Origin: Eledone cirrhosa
Lineage: Eukaryota
Length of the DNA: 64,000 bases
NCBI GenBank assembly: GCA_964016885.1
Contig: OZ024743.1
Span: 310,001-374,000 of the forward strand
Reading direction: 5' to 3'
The translations under genes and the position numbers were made by a program. Shown here piece by piece: positions 28,741 to 42,975 of the stretch. Each line of letters begins with the position of its first letter. Position 1 is the first letter of the stretch. Under the pieces are notes generated by a model, which saw only the letters and a program-made list of their open reading frames with translations, did no database searches and was not told the DNA's origin.

Positions 28741-28934
28741 ATTAACACTTAACATTTAATATTCTACCATACTATTTCATTCTAATACCATTATACATTT
28801 TAAAGGATTGTAAATAAAACGAGTAAATCAGACAAAGTTTGAATTCCTTTTATTAATATATATATATATATATATGTATATATATGCATATATATATATA
28901 TATATATGTATATATATGCATATATATATATATA

Positions 28935-29064
<130 letters not shown>

Positions 29065-29453
29065 TATAATACAAAAATCAGGATAACAACTAACCAACTA
29101 TTGACAAGTGGGAAAGAGAGACGAGAGTGAAATAAGACACACCCTCGGATGTAATGCGTGCAGCTCAAAAAGACAAGGTGGTATAAAACAGAACAAAGAG
29201 GTGACAGAAAGTAACAAAAATAGTCTGTGAAGAACTCACAGTATGTGTGATGAACGAGTTTTGACAATTAACAACTAAATAACCATCCGGTTATTAAACT
29301 AACCGACCTAAAATTATAATAATACATTGACGGGAAACTCAACTGGAGGGTGTGTTTTTACTGGCAGCATGACCTCCACCCCAAGTATAACAACACCTGT
29401 TTCAACACACGTTTCTACATAAAGAAATCTTGCTAACAAATAAGAAGACGAAG

Positions 29454-29555
<102 letters not shown>

Positions 29556-32520
29556 AGCAGGTTTTCTAAATCGTATTCAGTACTTAACAAACATTTAGTC
29601 TATCTAGCTCACAAGGACGACAGACAAAGTTGAACTCAGCAGGTTAACAATTCAGAAACTAGTAAATACTGCACGATAATTTGCCCGACGTTCTACTGAT
29701 TCAGCCACACATTGTCACTAATTATTACTACTTATTATCCTCATCAGTAGTAATAATTATTTCCACTTTTAACGCATGGCCGGCAGTTTGAAAGGAAAAG
29801 AAAAATCGATTAAATCAACCTTAGTGCGTTACTGGACTTTATTTAATCGTCCCTGTAAAGATGAAAGGCAACGCTAAATTCAGTGGGATTTGAACTTAGA
29901 ACGTAAAAGGCCGTAACTATATGCTGCGAAGCATGTTGACCAACGCTATAAGAACCCAACCAATCCACCACCCATTGGAATAAGACAAAAAAGTTTGATA
30001 GAGAAAGGTATAGTTGTATAAATCTCTCCTAGTGCTATTTTGGTACTTTATTTCACCGACGCTGGAATTATGGAAAACAAAGTGCAAATTTGAATAAGGT
30101 TACAAAATTTGAATAAGGTTACAAAATTTGATGGAAGGATTTTTTCTTTCTGTATTCATTTGTCATCATACTCAAACAGAGATTATGTTATCAATCTTGA
30201 AACTATGCCAAATAGAAGAAAAAATAGCATTGAAATTAGAATGTAATTAAATACTGATAGGTATTTTGTCAAACTCTTCTTTGGACTATATCATCTATCG
30301 GCCATCATCTGAGGATAACAACGATGATAAGGATGAACAGGAATAGTAGATGATGGCTGAAAAAGAAGCCTACTGTTTTATATGATCAAACATGTTCAAA
30401 AATACAGTTCTGAACAACCAGGGAGATTGTTATTAGTTTTAGATAATTAAAGAACAGATAGACGTGTGAAACTTATATATCAGATAGGTGGAATGGCAAA
30501 TTTCGTCGGTTATATTTCGGGCTTTTAAGATAAATCTCATCATAGACTGTCTAAAGAAACTTCCACGCCCTTTCTTGTCTTATCAACAGAAGTTTAAGGT
30601 TGCCTCAAAGATCTTTTTTCCTCACTTGATTATTTTGCTTTAGATATGAGAAAATCCCCTCCACACAACATCTTGTCTGTTGGTAGTAGGTTGGAGTGAG
30701 AGGACTGCTGATAGAATAGAAAAATCTTTAAAGTATTTGATAGTTCTTCTTTGTTAATTATGATTGCCAGAGTTGTTAGAGCACCAGATTAACTAGCTCG
30801 TCATTCGTTCCGACTCTCTGCGTTCTGAGTTCAAATCCTGCTGTGGTCAACTTTGCATTTCATCCTCTCTGGACCTACAAATAATGTACTAATCCATGAG
30901 CGGTAGAAGGGTCGGATGTTGAAAAGCTGGAAGAGAGGCTTTGCAGTATCTGTTGAGGCTCTGTGTGTTCCGATTTCAAATTCCGCTATCTGTCACCAGA
31001 AAAAGGATGACGCTCCTACCAATATCTGTGACTGATAGAAAGCATCAGCAATGAAACGATCAATGTAAACATAAGTTTCTTTGTTTTAGTCAGACGGCTG
31101 GCAAAACAATAATAAATAGGGTTATAGTTTTATGTCCCTTTTCCATGTTTTCAGGTTGCTAAGTGACTCATAGTACAAGATAACTCTCTGTACTAAACGT
31201 CACTCCGTCCAAATGCTAACTCTGTTGTTAGTTATTTTCAGCTGTCTTATTCTCTTTCAAGTTCAGCATCACATCAACTAGGTTATCGAAATTTTAAAAT
31301 GGTGGTGGCTTCTTCGTAATGGACTCACAGTCTCTTTTTTTTAGCCTGGGCTTATTTCGTTTACTCTCCTCTATTCCCTATTGTGTCCCAACTTTCCAGT
31401 CTCTATCAATGTTCTGCTATCGCAAGATGACAGGGTGTGGCTAATGCTTATAACTTCTGGTAGGCTCTGTTAACTCTCGTCTTCTTGGTGCTCTACTTCG
31501 TTGAAGAATGGCCAAGTATTTAGAGTGTTGGACTCACGATCATAAGGTTTAACACTTGGACAGTGTCACGAGTTGTATTCTTCAGCAACAAGCTTCATTT
31601 CACTTGCTTTTTATGGAAGTAGGGCCATTATTCTTAAAATATCCGAGAAACTTGCAAAGGTATTCGTAGGAGGTCAAGGAAACCCGTTTGTGTGTGAGCT
31701 ATAAATTTCAGGTTTACTTTTAATTTCTCAGCCTCTGGTGCCAGTTACACCGTCAATAAGGCCATTTAATTTATCTTAGCATCAAATCAGTTGAATCATG
31801 TTGCTGGGGCTAGAGTCGCAGTCACCATGGTCTTCACATTAGCTATGAGATTATAATCATATAATTATAAACCGGTGGGTCATATATATGATTATCTTTA
31901 TACACGCAAATGCATATGGTGAAACACGCAAATAAACACGCACTCATACAAATGTATGGATGTATGTATCTATAATTTTATTTTATTTTATTGAGATTAT
32001 TCAGATTTCTGTATAAATCCTATTGGCGCTAACTACTATAAAAAGGCAACAATACGAGGCACAATTACTTCTTCCTAACGATGAGACTATGAAGGTCTCA
32101 AATTATTGATGCTGGATTTAGAATCTATAGTTTCAAAGGTCAAAGAAACTCATAAAAAAATTTGAAAATGCATCCATTAAAACAATTAAATTAAATTAAA
32201 CTAGAAGCCTGTCGTGTTTTCAATATTACAAATGAATCACCAAATGAGTAATTGTATTTGAGTATTAGTAGCTGAGTATTCTCCAGACACGTCATGATGT
32301 GTTACAAGACTAACCCTTTGAAGTGAATCTATTTAAAAAAGGTGTCTATACAGACCCTGCTATCCAATTTGAATTATAAAGCTTGAGTCAATCCGAATAA
32401 ATAGTAGCAGTCCCTGACTAAGATGCCACACAATGGATTCAAACCAAAACATAATGGTTGCGAAATGAACATTTCCAGCTCTCGGCAATTTCTTTTATTC
32501 TATTCTCCCCTCTATCTCTT

Positions 32521-32587
<67 letters not shown>

Positions 32588-32589
<2 letters not shown>

Positions 32590-32920
32590 CAGATATAATG
32601 ATATGGGACAGGGAAAAGAAGGCATGCACAGTAGTGGAAGTTAGCTGCCCAGTAGATGCCAATATAATATCAAAGATTAGCGAAAAGGAGAATATCTATG
32701 CAGAACTAATGAGAAATCTGCAGATACTCCACCCTGACTATACCTTCAAATTTATACCTGTGATTATTGGGGTACTGGGATATGTTAGTAACTGCCTCAG
32801 TACAAATCCTGAGAAGCCAGGCTTCACAGAAACAGAAAGAACACAACTGGTTAGAAATTACATGTACATTCCATTGATGGAACAGTAAAAATATGTGAAA
32901 CATTCCAACAATTCTTTATC
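32588..32920 (+). pseudogene. R4/Dong-type LINE 3' end, PD-(D/E)xK restriction-like endonuclease
   Basis: PDIMIWDREKKACTVVEVSCPVDANIISKISEKENIYAELMRNL...FIPVIIGVLG; 5'-truncated at (TA)n. Confidence 0.85.
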
Positions 32921-33108
32921 TAATAACTGTATGTACACATGTACAGATACAAAGCATATGCACATGCACACATATAACTGAAAACATCCACATCCACACA
33001 TACAATAACATCGATAGCTGCACACATATGTATGCATGCAGATATGCAGGCATATCTATCTAGCTGATGTGTATATTCCAATGAGAGAGTCTTGTATCTA
33101 TGTTTGAA

Positions 33109-33192
<84 letters not shown>

Positions 33193-35689
33193 CCCCTCTC
33201 TCTCTCTCACTCGTTCTCTCTCTCTATTGGCAAAAACATTTATGAAATTATAAAACCAGACGAACATACACACATATATACATATATGTTATAAATAAAT
33301 TTATGCACGTACATTTGATAAACATACATTCAGCAAACAACTGTGATTAAACTGGTGGGCCTCCTCTATAGGACGAACCCGAGAACAATTCAACTAGTTT
33401 CGGTTGACAATTAATACCTTATTCAGATTGTCGACTCGTGTCTGTCATACAAATAGAAAAAGCTGCTTAGAGCCACTCATAATAATTTTAAATGTAGCCT
33501 ATATCTGGAGACCTTATGGATAACTTATGTCTTTAACATGTAATGGGTGCCTCATTCCTCACCCGATAACAAAATATAACATTTGAACAACTCTCACACA
33601 CGCACACACACACACACAACACGCACACACACAAATACACACACACGCACACACATGCACACACACACATATATATATATATAAAGAAAGAAATGTTTAG
33701 ATAGATACATACACACGTACACACATTCACACTGAAACACACACACACACATATGAGTTCACAGTTTGGTAGGAGGCGTGGTAGTCCCATTAGTTCAAGC
33801 ATTTGTTAGTAATGTCGTGAGATAGGAGAATGGCTTTGTCAAATCTCTTTGCTAATTAATTACATTTTAATTGAAGAGTAACTCTTTCTACATATGTGTT
33901 TGCTGTACAATAATTTAAGCCTATACACTGATACAAAACACGCAATCTCTCTCTCTCTCTCTCTCCGACTAACACACGTTCTCATACACATACAAATGTG
34001 CATCCACATACAAATGTGGATGCACATACAAATTAGACGCAAATACACCCACAGTGAATATAGAATCACATATGTACTCAATATTCGTTTCTTAGTTTTG
34101 TAGTTTTCCCGCGTCAATACATTTACAATCTTTTATATAATATATAATAATTTCCTCCGCCTTCTTATCTTCTTATGGTATACATTATCTACTATAGCAT
34201 TATAATTTCCGGAGTGGAAACCTGTTTGGTGAGTCATTTGACTTCATCTGCGAACGCGAGAGGTAACTTTAGCTATTGCATCATGATAGAGCCATATTTG
34301 GTTATTAAAAGCCTATAATATATAGTCGTTAGAGCAAGAACAAAATGTCTTGCAGTAATTATTCCGGCACTTTCGTTTATTGAGGCCAAATAAATAATGT
34401 AATAGTACACGGTGGTGGATTAGCAGAATTCTAACAGTATTGGACCAGATACCGTGTGGTATTTGCTCCAACACAACGTTATAAGTTAAAATCCCGGTGT
34501 AGCTTATTCAGGACCGGGGGAATTTAGCAGAATTCCTACTGTTGCAAATCTCTGGCAAGAGTTCTAGTTGAGCTTACTTCTCCCTTCCCTTCTTCCCTCA
34601 AATCTAGGAGGCCTTGGAAAGATATGTGTGCAAGCCCCCCCCTCTACATAAAAATCTAATTTATAAACATACATACATAAACACGTACACACGTGGACAC
34701 AGACACGCACGCGCGCACACACACACAATGAGCATAATACAAAATGGAATTTGATCGTTTATGAAAGATTTAGATAAAGATTATAGATCTTTCACGATGC
34801 AATTATTATTATTATGAGAAATATTTATATATTGGAGTTGACGATGATAATGATAGTGCTATTGGAGTTTGTGGTGATAATAGTCCCACACATATCCTAT
34901 CTGCATATATGTGTGTTTGTGTGTGTGTGTGTGTGTTTATGTATGTGTGTGTACAAGTAATCATATTTCGCATTTTGCTTTACCCTTCGACAAATACCGA
35001 AAGACCTATACTTTGCTGAGAAGATCAGTATAGGGTCGAAATAAGTCTGGTGTTGTCTTGTGAATTCCACGAAACTATAAACAATATTGATCATAGACCA
35101 TTGTGTAATATAGTTTAATTTTCTCAGCACATATTAATTTTACTGCTCCGTGCACTAAATACTGTTTGTTAAATCTGACCTAACCTATTACTCACTATAC
35201 AGAAACTGGTAATGCATGCTTAAATGACTGTAAAGCCATGTCAAGTTTTCACACCATAGCTAAGTGAAAAAAATATTTCTGTCTCTCTGCCTGCATATTT
35301 GCCTATATATACATACATATATGTTCTAGTATGTTGCCTAACCTGCGCTGTGTATGCAACACGACAATCAGTGAACTATGATTCAATTGAATTCAAGCAC
35401 TCGACGACATCTGTATCCTTTCAAATGCGAAAGGATACACATGACAGAGTATACGTATAATAATGATAATTGCGAAAGTCAAATGTAGACAGTCATCATC
35501 CCTTCATAATCAGCCGTAATGCATATTTTTGTGGCATTCAAGATTACATGATGCTGTGATCACGCCACCACTAACACGTTTTCATCAGACAGCATCTTAG
35601 GTAATAACCTTCTTTTGTAGTATTGCTAATGAAAGGTTGTGGATAATGGGACGGGCGATTTGGATGTTTCTTTTATCAAAGCCCCTCCA

Positions 35690-35965
35690 CTTGCTTCAAC
35701 CATCCACTCAACCAAACACCTCCGTACTTCTCCCCTACACTCACACAACATTGAAACACCACCCTATCTCAACTCACCCTAATACCAGTTTACTCCAACC
35801 ATCAAACACCACCTTGTTTCAGCCATTGACACTCAACGAAACACTACCTTACCTCAACCATCCACGTACTCAAACTTTCTCTTGCCTCAACCATCCACTC
35901 AAATACCCCCCCCCCCCCTACCTCAACCATCCACTCACCCACTGACCCACTCAGTAAATGATTAA
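35690..35965. repeat. Degenerate minisatellite with CTCAACCATCCACTCA core
   Basis: Core recurs about 7 times with variable spacing. Confidence 0.6.
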
Positions 35966-37789
35966 CCACCCATTCATTTAATATATTAAACTACTATTTC
36001 TTCTCTTGCCTCATCTAAACAAAACTCTCTTTCTCTCTCACTATCTCCTCCCCCTCTTATCTCTCTCTCCCCTCCTCCTCTCTCTCTTCCTCCTCCTCTC
36101 TCTCCTCCTCCCCTATCCCCCCCTCTTCTCCTCCTCTATCTCTCTCAGCAGTCACACACACACGTACAAACATACACACATACACATACATATGCACACG
36201 TACTCATTCGAAATATTTCAATAAAACAATCTCTGATCAACTCTCTCTACTCCCGTACTACTTCCTATTCCGGCCCGTTACCATTTTCCTTTGTTCCACC
36301 TTCCTGTGACACTAATTACCTACATTTTAAATATAATAACACCTTTTTATAATATTCTATTCTTCCTATCTTTCCGTCTTAATTATTATGTTTTTTCCAT
36401 GCACTAAACATATATATATACACATATAAAAATATACATACACACGTATAAATATTTCTAAGCGCATATACATACATTCCAAACACGCACGTGACATAAA
36501 TTCATTCACAGTGTGTCTGTTTGTAAATGAGTGTTGTGTGTGTCGGTGAGTGTATATTTATATATGTGTAGATGACCTAGCAGGTATGTTTGTGCGTATG
36601 AATGATTTTTAAGTTTCTTTCTGTGTGCGTACGTTTATTACTTCAGTACCGTATTTTTCAGAATAAAAGATACACAGGTTTATCAGACCCACACTTAACT
36701 CTCAGGGGATATGTTAAGCTATAAATATATTTCATGTATATATATACATATGTATTAAGGTGAAGCGTTCAATTCCCAGACTGGGCAGGGCAGCTTGTCA
36801 TAACATTAAGCAAGAAAATTTATTTAACATTGCTTCATCCACTCAACTGGAAACAACGAGATACGATGATACTAGTCTCAAACTGTATAGGTTGTTGCAT
36901 TTTACTCGGATAACAGCGATTGCGTGGAGAAAAGGGTCTGCCATATATGGGTGACTGACGGCGGGTCTTCCATACACACACGCGCACACACATACACACA
37001 AACACACACACATATATATAAATATACATTTATGTATACATACGTATACGCATGTGTGTGTGTGTGTGTGTGAATGTGTATGCATTTTCACATGTTTTTA
37101 AAGTTCAATATTATTGACGTTTTGTAGAACGGCGTGGTAATAAATTAACAGATGTTGTGTTTTATGTTCATGTATTGTTTCTAGGCTGTGGTTGCTTTTG
37201 GTTAATGTAAAAACTGTAACAAACGATGGAGAGCTGTACATGGACGAGTGGTCCTCATGTATTTTTTACGTGTTGCTTTTGTCTAAAGATTAATGTCTTT
37301 TTAAATAAATTATACTGGTATTAATTACATCTCTATAATATAAGTTATTATTGTTGTTGTTTTTGTTAAGGCAATGGATTGACAGAATCGTTAAAATATC
37401 GGACAAAATGTCTTCCAGTGTGTGGTTACAGCCCGTTACTTTCTGAGTTTAATATCCCGCTGAGGCGAACTTTGACTTTTCAGGGGTCAATAAAATAAAA
37501 TACAAATACAATACTGGAATTGGTTAAACGACTTATCTCCCCGCAAAAAAATAGTTGGCCTTGTGTCAAATTTAGAAAGTATTATTATTGTGGTTGAGGT
37601 TTAACTCTAGGCCAGCTCTTTCAGTATATCAGGTAGTATATTGGTAGATCTCTGTTCGGTCTCGGGTTCACTACGGTGTCTAACTTTCATGGCAAAGCTC
37701 AAGTGGATTGGTTACTAAAACAAGCTTGCAAGTTATGCTTGCTCTCCTATTTAACCGAACGCAGTGCTAAACTTAATATAATATAATAT

Positions 37790-37967
37790 AATTGTTTCTA
37801 CTTTTGGCTCAAGGCCAGCAATTATCCCAGTACATTACTGGTACTTTATTTTATCGACCCCGTAAGGATGAAAGGCAAAGTTAACCTCGGCGGGATTTGA
37901 ACTCAGACTGTAAAGGGACATAACTATGCTGGAAAGCATGGCGTCCGACTCTCTACCGATACTGTCA
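37790..37967 (-). mobile_element. Meta-domain-like tRNA SINE
   Basis: Reverse complement of the family consensus; an older plus-strand copy lies at about 37369-37580. Confidence 0.85.
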
Positions 37968-38996
37968 ATATAATATAATATAATATAATATAATATAATA
38001 TAATATAATATAATATAATATAATATAATATAATATAATATAATATAATATAATATAATATAATAATATAATATAATATAATATAATATAATATAATATA
38101 ATATAATATAATATAATATAATATAATATAATATAATATAATATAATATAATAATATAATATAATATAATATAATATAATATAATATAATATAATATAAT
38201 ATAATATAATATAATATAATATAATATAATATAATATAATATAATATAAAATAATATAATATAATATAATATAATATAATATAATATAATATAATATAAT
38301 ATAATATAATATAATATAATATAATATAATATAATATAATATAATATAACATAATATAATATAATATAATATAATATAATATAATATAATATAATATAAT
38401 AAAATATAATATAATATAATATAATATAATATAATATAATATAATATAATATAATATAATAAATATAATATAATATAATATAATATAATATAATATAATA
38501 TAATATAATATAATATAATATAATATAATATAATATAATATAATATAATATAATATAATATAATATAATATAATATAATATATAATATAATATAATATAA
38601 TATAATATAATATAATATAATATAATATAATATAATATAATATAATATAATATAATATAATATAATATAATATAATATAATATAATATAATATAATATAA
38701 TATAATATAATATAATATAATATAATATAATATAATATAATATATAATATAATATAATATAATATAATATAATATAATATAATATAATATAATATAATAT
38801 AATATAATATAATATAATATAATATAATATAATATAATATAATATAATATAATATAATATAATATAATATAATATAATATAATATAATATAATATAATAT
38901 AACATAACATAATATAATATAATATAATATAATATAATATAATATAATATTATATTATATTATATTATATAATATTATATTATATTATATTATATT
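37967..38996. repeat. (AATAT)n pentanucleotide tract of about 1 kb, switching to the opposite orientation near 38948
   Basis: Direct reading. Confidence 0.97.
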
Positions 38997-39791
38997 TTGT
39001 GGTGCAGAAACCGGGGAGACCACAAATCAGGGTGGTACTCTAAACCTGGGGAAATAAGAAAAAATATGGTTAAAACAACACCTCTTAACTCGTTGCATGT
39101 TGACACAAGTTATACAAAAGCATATCTCAACCAATAACCTGTACCCAGGAGAGCAAGATACTTCGCAACTATTATAACCCTAAATTCCCCCAAAACCTTT
39201 AACACATACCGTCTAAAACACACACCATATTCCATGGTGTACACAGCATCATATACATCTAAACGAAAGCTGCTTCACTACAATCACAACCACATACACT
39301 ATACGGTCACATAAAAATATAACTATGATGCTAATACTGATATTATCAATCACAGCAACAAACAAATGAGCTAATAATATTCTATACATTTATAGATAGT
39401 GTACTTGCGTTACCTCCACAAAAATATTTAATTTATATTAAAACAGCCCCACTACTATCAACACACAGAGTATGTTATACACTTACAATAAGTTGTCTCA
39501 TACACACCAACAAACAATCCAATAAACCAAAGCCCCCACATACATACATAGAACACACTATAACAAGAAATACATAAGGATAAATACATTGAAGCCACAT
39601 AACTAGACAGGAATTCTTGTACCCTTCAACCTTAGCAAATGAAATAACACAAATAAACTCATACAGCACACACCCAAAACACAAATGGAATAACACAAAT
39701 ATAATCCCCCTCCATGACCTAAATAATCTACCAAAAGCAGCTATTACATAACCTTATACATACAATAATACCCATCACTAAAAATCTGAAC

Positions 39792-39831
<40 letters not shown>

Positions 39832-39925
39832 TTTTATATTAGGAAATAAAGCAGTACTAATCAAAAGATAATGTCACCAGACTTAGGTCTGATAGCTAGA
39901 ACAATCGTACACGGACACAGACAAA

Positions 39926-40032
39926 TACAGGGTGTACCACCCAAAAGATTTACACACACTTTGATTAACTGCACAAGCAATATTTATTAGAATGCTGTTG
40001 AAGTGTGTATATATTTTGGGGGACACATTGTA
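39926..40032. mobile_element. Tc1/mariner-type MITE
   Basis: TA-CAGGGTGTACCACCCAAAAGATTTACACACACTT ... AAGTGTGTATATATTTTGGGGGACACATTG-TA; imperfect TIRs and TA duplication. Confidence 0.7.
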
Positions 40033-40837
40033 TATGCTGAGATAGAGTCACAAATATGTTAGTACATGACAACTGAAGCACTGAGACTCGTAAAACATAA
40101 ACTTGACAAAAGAAAAAATTACACAAGACTTTACTCGTGCCTCTAAAATAACTTTCTTAACCCCACTGACATCTCTACATACTCTCTTATCAACATTTAG
40201 TGATTCTGTTGAATGCTCCATTTTTGATTTGATATTTTATTGTTTCTTTCCATTTCCACTTCTATAACGTAGCTCCTCACCTATCAATAAAGATATACCT
40301 GACACTCATCTTAATGATCAATGGCAAAATTCATGCAAACCACTTGTTTTTAATTTCCCTTTTAGCTATCGAATAACAGTTTATAATAGTATCTGTACGC
40401 TACTTTTCTGAAAATATTAAATACAATGTTGAATAACGGTCTTACTAATTGCAAATTGTAACATCCTCTCCATATATGTACACACACACATACACGCACG
40501 CACACACACATACATGTGTGTGTGTGTGTGTCCGTGCGTGTATGTTTCTACGTATACATCCACATGTATGTCAGAAAGTGAGGGCACATATATACACTGA
40601 TATGTGCATATGCAGAACCCATTCAATTAAAACACATAGCTAGAACAAGCAATACAAAAGCCATCTGCATACATTAAATTATCATATTCTAGATACAGTT
40701 AACTAGGAATCATAATCACAAATGGCTGGGAAGTATTTGACCATCATTGATTTGTTTATTCTGTCACTCAAATTATAGTTTTTTTTTCCGTTTTCTATTT
40801 TATTATTATATATTTTATTATTATATATTATTATAAA

Positions 40838-41265
40838 ATGAAGTACCAGTAATGCACTGGGTAATTACTGGCCTTGTGCCAAACGTAAAAACAATTATAT
40901 ATATATAATGTTTGGTGAATTGGCAGTATCGGTAGAGGGTTGGACGCCATGCTTTCTAGCATAGTTACGTCCCTTTACGGTCTGAGTTCAAATCCTGTCG
41001 AGGTTAACTTTGTCTTTCATCCTTATGGGGTCGATAAAATAAAGTACCAGTAATCTACTGGGTAATTGCTGGCCTTGTGCCAAAAGTAGAAACAATTATT
41101 ATATATAGGCGGCGAATTGGCAGACTTGTTAGAACGTCGGATAGAATGTTTTATGGTATTAGTTCCGGCTCTCTGCTCTCGGGTTCAAATCCCGTGAGGA
41201 CAACTTTGCCTTTCATCCTTTCGAGCTCGATAAAAAAAAAACACCAGCCTAGTACTGGGGTCGAT
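40838..41265 (+). mobile_element. Cluster of three Meta-domain-like SINE pieces
   Basis: Tail fragment 40838-40897, full copy 40912-41100, older copy 41108-41265. Confidence 0.8.
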
Positions 41266-42402
41266 TCTTCTTCTATGTCTATTTCTCACTTCCTTTCTTT
41301 CATTTTCAATCTTTCTCTGGAAGAAATCTGCTGTACTCAGTCCTGGAGAGGGATGGACTCCACTGGACTTACCATTTTACTATTATAATATTTATTTCTT
41401 TATATAATGATGTATTTAACCCATTTGTTTGATATTTTCAGTTCATATTTTCTATGCTATATTATTTACTTTCTAAGCATATTTCATGAAGCCATGTATT
41501 TAGACAGTTGTATTTTCATTTTATGTGTATACTATTGATGTTTCAATTATTTAATCATCTATTTATTTTTTATACACTTTTGATGTTTCTTGTTATTTTT
41601 CTTCTCTTTTTCGGTCTCATATTTCATTATCTTGCCACTTATTTTTTATTACATTTTTTTGTTGTCTTATTGTATATTCTTCCAATCCTTACATGATTGC
41701 TTGCTACTTGCAGATTCCACTAAATATCATATATGAGAATCTATCCAATGTCGTATGCATTATGCCTGTAATTTGAAATTCGAAGAAACCGTCTTGTTAC
41801 ACACGGTTTCTTACTGATTCTGCTTGAGGATTACGTTAAGAGTACACCACGTGTCCGAGAAATACCAAGCAATTTCACGGAGAAATTACTTCCTGCGATC
41901 TATTTACTATATATATATATAGAGAGAGAGAGAGAGGGAGAGGGGGGGGGGGAGAGAGAGACATATATATACAATATACATATACATACATTTGCATATG
42001 TATGTCTAAGCATTGCCAAGTCATGTAAAAATTCTGCCCTAATTGATGTTGGCAAAATGATAATTTTCTCTCTCTCCCCCCCTCTCTCTCTCCCTCACTC
42101 TTTCAATCTGTTTTTTTTCCCGCTCTCACTCTATAACTTTAACACTGCACCTGTTTCCCCAACTGCCAGGGAATGATAGAAAACGCGCTCCTGCGAACTT
42201 CAAAAGATATTTCATAGTTAAGGGTAAACGCATTAACAAACAATAAAAATAAACACCAGCAACAACGAACAGAAAATCAGCTATAAAAATATCACCTAGA
42301 GAACTGCTGAATAAGCACTCATTTGATCACCGGGTGTTCGACCTCTACCAACACACCCAGTTTCATGGAAATTAAAAAAAAGATTATGTATAATTATGTA
42401 TG

Positions 42403-42470
<68 letters not shown>

Positions 42471-42944
42471 GAGAGAAGGGGGTAGAGAGGGAGGGATGGT
42501 GTGAGAAAAATGAAAGAGAGATGTATTTGTTGCGAATGCAGTATCAACATATTGACTGCAATCCAGAGATTATTTTAAGTCCATAATGGCAGTAAGGAAA
42601 AGAAGATAAAAATAACAACAAATAAAATATAAAGAAAAATTAAATAACAATAATTTTTTTTGGTATGTGTATGTAAGATGACGCTGGTAGCATTCTTCGT
42701 AGTGGCGGAGTGCGATGTCGGTGTTAGTGGGTGTAGCGTGGTTGGTAGCGTTGCTGGTATAGTTGCTGATGGTGGTGGTAGTGGTGGTGGTGGGGATATA
42801 CTTTCTTTGATTTGCCGCGTTTATAATTGTTATAAAGTCTTCTTTTTAGGCCAATCAAATTTCAGCATCTTGGTGGAGAAATATATGTTTCTGGCTCATA
42901 GCGGAAGCGAGCCACTGTATATATGCATTTATGTACGTACGTAC

Positions 42945-42974
<30 letters not shown>

Positions 42975-42975
<1 letters not shown>

